A stretch of 61,954 bases of DNA, filler included. It is 7 parts of 7 records of this genome, joined end to end, with 100 filler letters (N's around TTAATTAATTAA, not from the genome) between each part and the next. Parts side by side here need not be neighbours in the genome. Positions count along the whole stretch, not along the records: positions 1 to 17,682 come from DRR723986_7963; positions 17,783 to 32,352 come from DRR723986_7970; 5 more parts are not named here. One strand, 5' to 3'. A program made the translations under genes and the position numbers. Of this stretch, positions 9,768 through 18,440 are shown in pieces. The notes beneath the pieces were generated by a model. It was not told the DNA's origin. It made no database searches and saw only the letters and a list, made by a program, of their open reading frames with translations. How positions within the stretch are numbered: the first letter of the stretch is position 1; each line of letters starts with the position of its first letter.

Positions 9768-10321
9768 CAGTAATCAAATTTTTTGTGTTTGAACGACTCC
9801 TTGAGTGACTTCATACAGCGTGATTTATGGCTTTTCACCACGTCTGGATGATTGTAATCCATAAGTTGCTGGATCTCCTTCATGCTTTTGTTTTCGTAGT
9901 AATAGTACTCGAGGATTTTCCTGCACTTCTCCCCTAGCTTAGCGAGTGACTTTCCCAGGAAGGACACCTTTGGATCCGGTTCTTCGATGAAAAGTTTGGC
10001 TTCTTCATACAATCCCGCAGACCACTCCTGGTCTTCCTTTAATTCCAAGCCAGGTTGCTCTCGTTTCAATCGGGTAAAGAGCATAAATTTCCCCATTGAG
10101 AACAGGTAAGTTTTAATGCTGCTTTTTTCAAGTTCCAACTTTCCGCTCACCGCCCTGTCAAATAAGGCGATGCTTACATCCTGATAGATGTCCTGCAAAA
10201 GCTCTTCTCCCTGATGATACCTTTTGGCAAACTGGAGGAATGGCTCCCTATACAACTTATACACTTCTGCCAGAGCTGATTTATCACCAGACTTAAGTCG
10301 CTCTATAAGAATATCACGCAT
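9767..10321 (-). CDS. ECF-family RNA polymerase sigma factor
   Basis: 184 aa; region 2 QDIYQDVSIALF...SIKTYLFSM; region 4 LGEKCRKILEYYYYENKSMKEIQQLM...VVKSHKSRC. Confidence 0.92.
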   Translation of the reverse strand: MRDILIERLKSGDKSALAEVYKLYREPFLQFAKRYHQGEELLQDIYQDVSIALFDRAVSGKLELEKSSIKTYLFSMGKFMLFTRLKREQPGLELKEDQEWSAGLYEEAKLFIEEPDPKVSFLGKSLAKLGEKCRKILEYYYYENKSMKEIQQLMDYNHPDVVKSHKSRCMKSLKESFKHKKFDY

Positions 10322-10326
10322 TTACC

Positions 10327-10357
10327 CTTAGTCTTAAAAATTGGAATAAGGTAAACA
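10327..10357 (-). promoter_or_regulatory. Putative ECF autoregulatory promoter, copy 2
   Basis: Minus strand reads TGTTTACC ttattccaatttttaa GACTAAG ggtaa ATG. Confidence 0.8.
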
Positions 10358-10561
10358 TATCCTTTTTTTCTTTATTGACAACTAGTTAGTTGACCAATCT
10401 ATAAAAAGAAGCCTTACTTTCTGGCAAGTAGTTACTTAGCTCTATTTTTCAGCTTTTCTTCCTTAGGAATAATACCAGTCGCTTTTCTAGCTATGCAGAA
10501 GAGTCTGTATCAGTGATAATTATCAGATATACAGCCAGTTTAGAAATTTGTAATACTTTTC

Positions 10562-10592
10562 TGTTTACCATTTTCCTCCCACCCAGACTAAG
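10562..10592 (+). promoter_or_regulatory. Putative ECF promoter, copy 3
   Basis: TGTTTACC attttcctcccaccca GACTAAG, ending 24 nt before the ATG at 10617. Confidence 0.8.
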
Positions 10593-10616
10593 ACATAGCA
10601 AACAAAATCAACAGCT

Positions 10617-11399
10617 ATGAACAGATACTCAATTTCTAAAATTTTCCTGCTAGCCTTCTCACTATTTTTTCTGGGAAATGCAGGGGAATGCCAAATCCTG
10701 AAAAAAATCCGGGAACAGATGGCCGTGAAACCTAACTCCGAATCCGCTGAATCAGACGGGGAAAATGCATTAGGTGGAATCGACCTTACTGGCATGATGG
10801 GGCAGACAAAAGATTTCAAAGCCCCCTCCGCTTACAATTTTGACTTTCAGGTCACCATGGAAATGCAGATGGAAAAAGGAAAGTCCATGAATCAGGTATG
10901 GAAGTACAACATCGCAGAAAGTTACTTTGGAATAGAAATGTCCAATATGCTGATCATCTATGACCTGGACAGTGATGTAATGGTGACACTCAATCCCAAA
11001 GATAAAACTTACACAGCCATGTCTACGGCTATGATGGGAATGTTTGGTAATGCTGCTGATGCAGCCGATGATGCCAGTATACCTGAAATGAGAAAGACCA
11101 ATGAGACCAAATCTATCCTGGGCTACACCGCTACCAAGTACATCATGGAGGATGAAAACCTAAAAGGTGAGTTCTGGATGGCTCCTGATGTGGAGTTTGA
11201 CCAGTCAGCCTTTGCCAAATCATTGAGTTCTTACTCTAAAAACCCAGTGCCTTTACCTGAGAAAATGCAGGGATTCATGATGGAAATGACTGCTTTTGAC
11301 AAAAAAGGAAAAGTGACCTCAACAATGAAAGTGGTGCAACTCGGAGAGATAGATCAGATGATCAATATGTCTGACTATAAAAATGGAATGACATTCTAA
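10617..11399 (+). CDS. Secreted DUF4412-like protein
   Basis: Signal peptide; KTNETKSILGYTATKY...GEFWMA...GFMMEM pattern typical of DUF4412/GLPGLI-like proteins. Confidence 0.75.
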   Translation: MNRYSISKIFLLAFSLFFLGNAGECQILKKIREQMAVKPNSESAESDGENALGGIDLTGMMGQTKDFKAPSAYNFDFQVTMEMQMEKGKSMNQVWKYNIAESYFGIEMSNMLIIYDLDSDVMVTLNPKDKTYTAMSTAMMGMFGNAADAADDASIPEMRKTNETKSILGYTATKYIMEDENLKGEFWMAPDVEFDQSAFAKSLSSYSKNPVPLPEKMQGFMMEMTAFDKKGKVTSTMKVVQLGEIDQMINMSDYKNGMTF

Positions 11400-11411
11400 T
11401 ATATCTTGGCT

Positions 11412-12116
11412 ATGAAACCTAAAAATTTCATTTTCACCTTACTTATACTGGCGCTGGCATCTTCCTGCAGCTCTACCACCACAGAATCAGAAGCAGGAAA
11501 ACAGCTCCATTTAAAGACAGTGGTTTCTTCCTGCCTGAAGGATTATTCTGAAGAAAATAAAGGAAAATTTTTTACAGAAACGTTGATCCAAGATCTGGCA
11601 AATGGCAATGAGATCACAGCCGACCATTATGAGCCAGCCCATCTTTACAAATTTTACTGGAAAGAAAAAGGCGTAGACCATTTCATAGGATTTGAAGAAA
11701 TGCAGACAGCCAAAGAGTTGAGCATTCTTAAAGACAAGGGACACAGCCAAAGCTCCACACCCCTAATCGACTATGTAAAAATGACCTACCGGGACAAAAC
11801 CCCAGAAGAACAAACCAGGCTGAACAAGCTATTAGATGAGCAACTGGATAAATCCGAAGATCCAAACGCCTCCGGCACCTCAAATAAAGCTCTCCAAAAA
11901 AAAGGGATGGGGATGGAAACTATGGCCTATGTCCCATTGGATTCCAAGGCAGATTATGCGGTGTACAACAGAAAAAGCTTTAGTCTCTACATGGTCTTGG
12001 GAGATGTGCTCATCACCTTAAGTGCACAGGTGGGACCCTACGGATCTGTAAACGAATCCCTAAGCATTGAACTTGCAAGGAAACTTGCGGATAAAGTCGC
12101 TGAATTATGCATTTGA
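11412..12116 (+). CDS. Hypothetical lipoprotein
   Basis: ATG at 11412; lipobox LALASSC; operonic spacing. Confidence 0.75.
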   Translation: MKPKNFIFTLLILALASSCSSTTTESEAGKQLHLKTVVSSCLKDYSEENKGKFFTETLIQDLANGNEITADHYEPAHLYKFYWKEKGVDHFIGFEEMQTAKELSILKDKGHSQSSTPLIDYVKMTYRDKTPEEQTRLNKLLDEQLDKSEDPNASGTSNKALQKKGMGMETMAYVPLDSKADYAVYNRKSFSLYMVLGDVLITLSAQVGPYGSVNESLSIELARKLADKVAELCI

Positions 12117-12679
12117 TCGTATTGATAATCCTGTACATTCCGATTTTTCTATTCCAAAATGAGCAGTTAAAGAAATTTCCAATTGGTACAGATACTGACC
12201 GTCAACAAACACACCTAGTGTATTTGGAGATTGGTGAACGGGTAGTTTTTGACTCTATGGAAATGGCAAACGCCACGCTTTCCCACTATCCTAACCAGCA
12301 CATATTTAGCATCATGGACAATGAAGGTCAACATATCTCACTGACCTTTGCAGGCAAGGATATTTCTTCAAGAAAGCCCATGGAGTTGAAATTTGACCAT
12401 CCTGGTTTATTCCATGGATATAGTGAGAATGGCGATGTGTTTTTTATTGCTTTTGGAAAACTCGACCAAGAGCGGGATCCAAGACAGATCAAGTACGATC
12501 TTTCCTTTCCCTCAGATATCATGGAAGGCAGATTAACAGTCATCAACTGGACTCCAGAAGAATTTGAATTTGCGTTCGAAGGCAAACTGGGGAAAAGCGA
12601 TGCCGTCGATAAACCGGAGAGTTGGCAACCATTTTCAGGCTATGTGAAAGCGCAAAACTATCAGGAATTCCACCTGTAG
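12107..12679 (+). CDS. Hypothetical exported protein
   Basis: Hydrophobic N-terminus; overlaps the upstream stop by 10 nt; beta-rich. Confidence 0.7.
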   Translation: MHLIVLIILYIPIFLFQNEQLKKFPIGTDTDRQQTHLVYLEIGERVVFDSMEMANATLSHYPNQHIFSIMDNEGQHISLTFAGKDISSRKPMELKFDHPGLFHGYSENGDVFFIAFGKLDQERDPRQIKYDLSFPSDIMEGRLTVINWTPEEFEFAFEGKLGKSDAVDKPESWQPFSGYVKAQNYQEFHL

Positions 12680-12774
12680 GTTTATGCTTGCCGTTTACTG
12701 ATTAAACAAAAACTTCAAAACAGCCACCATAACGCTATTAATATCATTATTCATTTACATCAAACACATCAACT

Positions 12775-13281
12775 ATGAAAACGTTTATTCGAATTATCGC
12801 TGTGGCTTGGTTCACCTTTATTCTGGTCGAATCCAATGCCCAAACTGTCAAAGGAGCCATTTCGGTCGGGAAAAAATCTGAATTGAAACTGGAAACCCGA
12901 TCCGACAACATGATAGATATTTTTATTGACTTCCGAAAAGAAAGGTATCCCATCTTATTTTCTTTTCAGGGAGAGGACATCAAATCAAAAGAGGGCAAAG
13001 AAATCATATTCTTCGAGTTTATTACAGAGGTATATCACAATGGCAAATTGATGGGCAAGACCTCCCGAAATCCAATGCCATACATCCCCGGGGACATGAT
13101 TATAGGCACGGAAGGATTTGATTTCATCTCCCTGCTATCTTACAATGAAAAAAGCCGTGCTTCTCTAAAGGAAACGCCAGGAAAGCTTGCGCCGGGTAGC
13201 TATCAGGTGAAGCTCCTTGCCCGTCCCTTGGAAGCCAAGGGGCAGATCAAGCCTGCCACATTTTCATTCAACATCCAATAG
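12775..13281 (+). CDS. Hypothetical secreted protein (Ig-like beta sandwich possible)
   Basis: Signal peptide ending SNA-Q; C-terminal LAPGSYQVKL strand motif. Confidence 0.75.
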   Translation: MKTFIRIIAVAWFTFILVESNAQTVKGAISVGKKSELKLETRSDNMIDIFIDFRKERYPILFSFQGEDIKSKEGKEIIFFEFITEVYHNGKLMGKTSRNPMPYIPGDMIIGTEGFDFISLLSYNEKSRASLKETPGKLAPGSYQVKLLARPLEAKGQIKPATFSFNIQ

Positions 13282-13288
13282 ACATGCT

Positions 13289-13891
13289 ATGAAGACTAAT
13301 TTAATTAATCGGATTCTATTATTTACTGGCATGTCATTACTGGCTTTTGCCTGCGCCGGATCATCCGAAGATCAAGCCTTAGAAAAAGTTGCCAAAGAGC
13401 TGGGTATGGACAAGGAGAAATTGAAGAACAAGTCCTTCTATTCCTTTGAAATTACAGGAGGCACACTAAACGGGCAGACATTCACCACGCCTGTATATGC
13501 TCAGGGAGGAATTGATAGCCGATGGAATGAGAACACAGAAATAAGTGCCACCACCATAGGTTTTGTAGATCCTCCACAAGGCAATAGTACGTTTAGGATG
13601 ATTTGGGAAGGTGACAAAATTAGTCCTCTAAAGCCAGAAGAAAATCCATTTGGGGAGAATTCCTATATAGAACTGAAGGTGGAGAAAAATGATAAGAAAT
13701 ATACCTTCTTATCCAATGGCGGTTCTTATCAAGTAGTTTCAAAAAACAAGAAAGCCTGGGTGGACCAGATCACTAAGAAAGAGTATCCAATTTTAGATAT
13801 CGAGGCTGAGTTTGAAGGCGATTTTACTGAAACTAACTCAGGAGAAAAAGTGAAAATCAAGGGCTGGGTAAAGGGTTTTGATCCTCGCTAA
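13289..13891 (+). CDS. Hypothetical lipoprotein
   Basis: Start re-called at ATG 13289 (7 nt after the upstream stop); lipobox LLAFAC. Confidence 0.75.
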   Translation: MKTNLINRILLFTGMSLLAFACAGSSEDQALEKVAKELGMDKEKLKNKSFYSFEITGGTLNGQTFTTPVYAQGGIDSRWNENTEISATTIGFVDPPQGNSTFRMIWEGDKISPLKPEENPFGENSYIELKVEKNDKKYTFLSNGGSYQVVSKNKKAWVDQITKKEYPILDIEAEFEGDFTETNSGEKVKIKGWVKGFDPR

Positions 13892-14014
13892 GTGATCTTT
13901 CTTTCGCCCTTTTCTCCGAATATCTAAACCAAATCAGGCAATCAAATCTATGCTGTAGCTGAGCAACCAGCTGCAATAGAGATTCCTTTGCCCATTACCT
14001 AACACCTACTCCCT

Positions 14015-14812
14015 ATGAAATATTATATCAAAACCTTTTTGCTGTCCACTCTTGTAATTCTATTTGGGAACAACTTTCTCAGAGCCCAGACTTTCCCGGT
14101 TCAGGCAACAGGAATATTTACCTTAAACGACGGTAATGAACTGAGGATATTACAGAATCTTACTTCTACACAAATCAACGGAATATTGGCCAATGCCAAA
14201 AAAGAAAAGTTGGCAGATTTTAGTGGGAGTTACAATAAGGACACAGGGAAGGTACTTGCCAAGATGACGTATTGTGACGGCAATAAAGAGCAATTAACTT
14301 TTTTTTTCACCAGGGGCGATGCGAATGTTTCAGAAATTTATTTTGGAACTGCCCCTGATGACAGAAAAGCCATAGGAAACCGAAAAGGAAGAACCAGGCC
14401 AACACTTGCATTTCAATGTGCCGAAGGAACAGCCAATATTCAGGAGCCTTTCTTGGGAAAAGGATCCTGGACCGGGACCTGGAAGACACATCTAGGAATG
14501 ATCAGATTAATCCATATCAATGATATCGCTACAGGCAACGTATTCGTGGTGGGAGATTTTAAAGATACCGGAGTCATCCAACTGATTGATTTTGATGGCA
14601 ATGAAGTAGAAGGAGAATTTACATCCCATACCCAGGGCGACGGTTATTTCAAAATCACCCGGGTCAGCGAAACCAAGTTTGAAGGTACATATAGATGGGG
14701 AATGCAGAGCGAGTGGACTAAGTGGGGAGGAGAGCGCAAAGACGCCAAACTCCCCCTATTGACTTCCGAAGGTGCTCAGCTCTTGGTCAATCGACTATTG
14801 ACAGAATACTAA
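14015..14812 (+). CDS. Hypothetical secreted protein with two predicted small beta-barrel domains
   Basis: Signal peptide ending LRA-Q; Gly/aromatic strand pattern, e.g. SWTGTWKTHLG...FEGTYRWG. Confidence 0.75.
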   Translation: MKYYIKTFLLSTLVILFGNNFLRAQTFPVQATGIFTLNDGNELRILQNLTSTQINGILANAKKEKLADFSGSYNKDTGKVLAKMTYCDGNKEQLTFFFTRGDANVSEIYFGTAPDDRKAIGNRKGRTRPTLAFQCAEGTANIQEPFLGKGSWTGTWKTHLGMIRLIHINDIATGNVFVVGDFKDTGVIQLIDFDGNEVEGEFTSHTQGDGYFKITRVSETKFEGTYRWGMQSEWTKWGGERKDAKLPLLTSEGAQLLVNRLLTEY

Positions 14813-14840
14813 CCAAGCTCAACTTTAACTTAAAAAAATC

Positions 14841-16442
14841 ATGAGAAAACACATTTATATACCCCTATTTCTACTCTTTTTGGCAGGATGGGCACAGGCT
14901 CAGAATTACACAGGTGTATGGAACGCCGCTATGGTGAATGACAAAACGAAAGTGGATACGAACATTGAGTATCATCTCACACAAAATGGCAATACTGTCA
15001 CAGGAGAAATTATCCACAAGAAGGAAAACATGAAGGCTATAGTCACAGGAACACTTGCCAATGGTGAGGTGAACGGCACCTTAAAGTATGATAAAAACCA
15101 GTGGGCATCTCTGGATCAAAAGTTCAGGATTTTCACCAGGCCCACTGACAATGCAACTATTTTTATGCATGAGAGTACAAAAGGTGCACGGTATTTCGGA
15201 GGTCCCCTCTTCAAAAACCAAGCCCTCACCAATCAGCAAGCTAGTAAAGCTCAGGCTGCAACTTCACTACAAAAAGGCGCATTTTCTTCAGGAAGTGGTA
15301 CGGTAGTGCAGCAGTCAACTGCTAAACCTAAAGTGGGCGTAGCAATGGCAACCACACCCACGAAGACAGCCAGAAATATTGGCGGATATTATCGTATAGA
15401 AGGAATGAGTGATGCTAATGGAACCAAGAGAAATCTCTATGTAAATGTAAAAAACTTCCCAGATCCCAAAGACAGAAGTAAAGCGTATGGCGAAGCGTTA
15501 ATTATGGGAGAAGCGTATGGTATTGGATCAGCTCAGAAAAAACTGTTTGGTTATGAAACCAACGGAGATGATATCACAGTCATGTTTGACACGATCTATG
15601 AATTGAATAAAAAGAACACCATGGCAAATGGGCGGGTTGAAGGAATCTATCTGATAGCACCAAAACAAGGCTACAAAATGATCAAAATCAGTCAGGCAGA
15701 AGCAGAGCGGGAGAGTAAAAAGCTGAGTGCTACAGTGAAGGTGAGGGTGGATTATAAGTTTATTTATCTGGCTTCATCCCTTTATTGGGATAAGTCATTT
15801 TTAAACTACAACCTAACAGACAAAGGCTCAATGGCATTGTACGGGACGGGAAGTATCCGTGTTTATAAGGAAACTTCCTCTAACACTACAGAGCTTAAAG
15901 CTATCAATAATGCTTCAGCACGAATTTTTGATACTCCAAAATCAAGAGCTGCAAGCAAGCCTAACCTTTCTTATTTTGATAAAAGCAAAAATCGTTCTTG
16001 GGGAGGTTTAAACTATCATTTCTTTGGCTTCTATAGTTTTGCTAAAGACGCAGATTTCCCCAACCCCCCAGGGGGTGATAAACACACAAGAGGTGCTATA
16101 TTTCCTGTTAATCGTTATCTTGAATTTGAAGTGAGTCGTGCCGCTTTGGAGGGTAAAACAGAACGCATAGCAATTAATGGACATGCGCACCTTTCAAATG
16201 CTCTTCCTTTTGGGGATGCTAATTTCGGGAATATGCATCGTAGAGTTTATCTTCATGAATTGACTGATCAGAGTAAACTTACTGAGGAGGAAAAAAAATT
16301 CAATAGAAAATTAGAAGGAAAAGGGCATCCTCATGCAGGATCATTAGTAAGTCCGCCTTACTATTTTTTTGCAATCAAAAAGGATCAACAATTTTCTACT
16401 CCAGCAGTAATGATCGCTTTTACTGTGGAAATTATTGAATAG
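14841..16442 (+). CDS. Hypothetical multidomain secreted protein
   Basis: Signal peptide ending AQA-Q; NYTGVW...LTQNGNTVTG domain, A/S/T/Q-rich linker, further beta domains. Confidence 0.8.
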   Translation: MRKHIYIPLFLLFLAGWAQAQNYTGVWNAAMVNDKTKVDTNIEYHLTQNGNTVTGEIIHKKENMKAIVTGTLANGEVNGTLKYDKNQWASLDQKFRIFTRPTDNATIFMHESTKGARYFGGPLFKNQALTNQQASKAQAATSLQKGAFSSGSGTVVQQSTAKPKVGVAMATTPTKTARNIGGYYRIEGMSDANGTKRNLYVNVKNFPDPKDRSKAYGEALIMGEAYGIGSAQKKLFGYETNGDDITVMFDTIYELNKKNTMANGRVEGIYLIAPKQGYKMIKISQAEAERESKKLSATVKVRVDYKFIYLASSLYWDKSFLNYNLTDKGSMALYGTGSIRVYKETSSNTTELKAINNASARIFDTPKSRAASKPNLSYFDKSKNRSWGGLNYHFFGFYSFAKDADFPNPPGGDKHTRGAIFPVNRYLEFEVSRAALEGKTERIAINGHAHLSNALPFGDANFGNMHRRVYLHELTDQSKLTEEEKKFNRKLEGKGHPHAGSLVSPPYYFFAIKKDQQFSTPAVMIAFTVEIIE

Positions 16443-16482
16443 AAAATGATAGAAACTAAAAGAAACACCTAATCTGTTAAAG

Positions 16483-17292
16483 ATGAATCTTCTAACCAAA
16501 ATTCTGATTCATTTCTTCAGCATTATAGGCTCAATGACAGTCGGGTTTACCCAAGACATAGACCTTACCACCTATGACACTGAAGAAGGAGGGCTGTATT
16601 TTGATCAGGTGTTGATTTACTCCTATTCAGATCATACCGGTCAATCAGCAGACGTGTGGATCTATTACAGTACCTGTAGCGGACGCTTTCTCTTCGACCA
16701 TGCGGCATGGGGAAGGGAAGATGAGATGATCCACTATGTAATTGCCCAGCCTGATGGCAGTTACCTGACCTTCGGCACAGAAGCCGAAGGGCCAGGCAAC
16801 GGCAAGACCGTCACTGTGGACTCCGTATATCTGGAACCCAAAGAGCAACTTACTGCCATCCCTGCCATGAATGAATACCTAGAATTTATAGCAATCCCTG
16901 AGTCTGACCAAGTACTTGCAGGATTGGAGAGCAAAGCCTTTGAAATCAGGAAATCCAAAGACCCAAGTGGGTTCGAAAAGATTCACCTAGCTAAAGTGGA
17001 CTTTGATGCAAGGCTTATCTATGCTTTCAACCAACAGGCTCAAGAACTTCGTCTTCCTGAATTGTTCAGCAATGGACTTTCAGTTGGCACCGATCAGCTC
17101 ATCACACAAATTGAATCTTCCTACACTGATTCAAACGGAAAACAGTATTGGAGCAAGCTAATACTCAAGTCAATTGACCCAGCTACCTACTGGGCGCCTT
17201 TTAGAGAATACACAGTTCAACTTAAGGTTGGGGAAAAAATACTGGAGAAACCTTTGGCTGAATCCCTTATTTTAGTCCAACCGTGTTATTAA
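16483..17292 (+). CDS. Hypothetical exported protein
   Basis: 269-aa ORF, hydrophobic N-terminus, last gene of the co-oriented run. Confidence 0.75.
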   Translation: MNLLTKILIHFFSIIGSMTVGFTQDIDLTTYDTEEGGLYFDQVLIYSYSDHTGQSADVWIYYSTCSGRFLFDHAAWGREDEMIHYVIAQPDGSYLTFGTEAEGPGNGKTVTVDSVYLEPKEQLTAIPAMNEYLEFIAIPESDQVLAGLESKAFEIRKSKDPSGFEKIHLAKVDFDARLIYAFNQQAQELRLPELFSNGLSVGTDQLITQIESSYTDSNGKQYWSKLILKSIDPATYWAPFREYTVQLKVGEKILEKPLAESLILVQPCY

Positions 17293-17682
17293 CAAATAGT
17301 TGCGAGTACAAGATTAAACTTGGATATTTGAGGTTTATGTAGATAAGTTTCCAATTCAAGCCTATTTTATAGTCAATTTTACTAACGTCTGAGTTTTTGG
17401 CTTCCGACGGATTTTTAATTACACGTAAATTGATCTGTCAAAGCCCAAAATATTCCTATCTATCCACATTTTGTTTTCGGGAGCAATTGGCTTTCAACCT
17501 CGCCCCAGTCATCCATCAGCACAGAATGTCTTAATCCCAGACATAACCATATATTTTGATTGTGCTTTTCCAAACCTGATAATGCTAAAGACAATGGGAG
17601 AAAATTCTGAGGGCTGGATTTAATAGTGTCTGAATAATCAATAAAAAATCAGTTCAGAGGTTTGTGGCTATGAAAAATAATC

Positions 17683-17782
17683 NNNNNNNNNNNNNNNNNN
17701 NNNNNNNNNNNNNNNNNNNNNNNNNNTTAATTAATTAANNNNNNNNNNNNNNNNNNNNNNNNNNNNNNNNNNNNNNNNNNNN
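17683..17782. other. Artificial contig spacer
   Basis: 44 N + TTAATTAATTAA + 44 N; base composition changes abruptly across it. Confidence 0.99.
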
Positions 17783-17783
17783 G

Positions 17784-17966
17784 AAGCGCGACCACGGTTT
17801 GCTGTTGAACATCTTTATGGGCATCGTGGGTGCGATGCTGTTCAACGCGATCCTGGGGTTTGTTTTCGGCTCGTCCTTGGGTGGCTGGATCGGACAGCTG
17901 TTTGCCGGTGTTGTCGGGGCCTGTATTCTGATTGCGGCGATCAACGCCTTTCGCAGCCGATCCTGA
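17784..17966 (+). CDS. GlsB/YeaQ/YmgE (transglycosylase-associated) membrane protein, 5'-truncated
   Basis: Manual translation KRDHGLLLNIFMGIVGAMLFNAILGFVFGSSLGGWIGQLFAGVVGACILIAAINAFRSRS*. Confidence 0.8.
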   Translation, partial: KRDHGLLLNIFMGIVGAMLFNAILGFVFGSSLGGWIGQLFAGVVGACILIAAINAFRSRS

Positions 17967-18034
17967 GCGCAGGCTTTTCAATTCCCACAGATCACGCTAG
18001 GGCTGCCTTTCACACGAAAAAGGTGGCCCTTGTC

Positions 18035-18394
18035 ATGTCTGATCCTAAGAAAGCCAAAAAGAAGTCGCGCCAACAGGTGTTCACCTTGCTGGTTCAGATC
18101 GGCCGCAAAGAGGGTGATGGCTTGCCGGACAAGGCAACCGGTGCCGCGTTGATGTGTTTCGCCTCCGGCGTGGATGAGGCCGAAGCCGTTAGGGAAACCG
18201 TTGCAATTCTCAAACAGGCGGACACCAATCCATTGGATGTGACTGGCTACGGCACCATGGAAGAACGCGAAGCGGACGGGCAAGACATCAGCGATGAGGA
18301 ACGCGCCTTGATGCAGCGCGCGCTAGAGGAAAACGCGGTGATCGTCGCGCAAATGACCCCGTTCTTTGACAAGGAATTGCCGTCACCGGAATGA
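18035..18394 (+). CDS. Conserved hypothetical protein
   Basis: Coding-like ORF (QQVFTLLVQIGRKEGDGLP...CFASGVDEAEAVRETVAILKQAD). Confidence 0.75.
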   Translation: MSDPKKAKKKSRQQVFTLLVQIGRKEGDGLPDKATGAALMCFASGVDEAEAVRETVAILKQADTNPLDVTGYGTMEEREADGQDISDEERALMQRALEENAVIVAQMTPFFDKELPSPE

Positions 18395-18440
18395 GGCAGG
18401 GATCGCAAGGTTTGCAATCTTTTGACTTGCCCATTTTACA

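Noticed and set aside
12692-12722. CGTTTACTG as a fourth ECF promoter
   Set aside because: Mismatched -35 and no GACTAAG 16 nt downstream.
3839-12777. Recurrent (A)ATCAAC...TATG before start codons (3854, 5966, 10617, 12775)
   Set aside because: Short, variably spaced and consistent with ordinary A-rich Bacteroidota translation initiation regions; not counted as part of the ECF motif.
17293-17682. Possible gene remnant at the end of contig 1
   Set aside because: No convincing reading frame or family motif found by manual translation.
17727-17738. TTAATTAATTAA repeated six times through the window
   Set aside because: Always embedded in N-runs; an artificial all-frame-stop linker, not a biological repeat or CRISPR.
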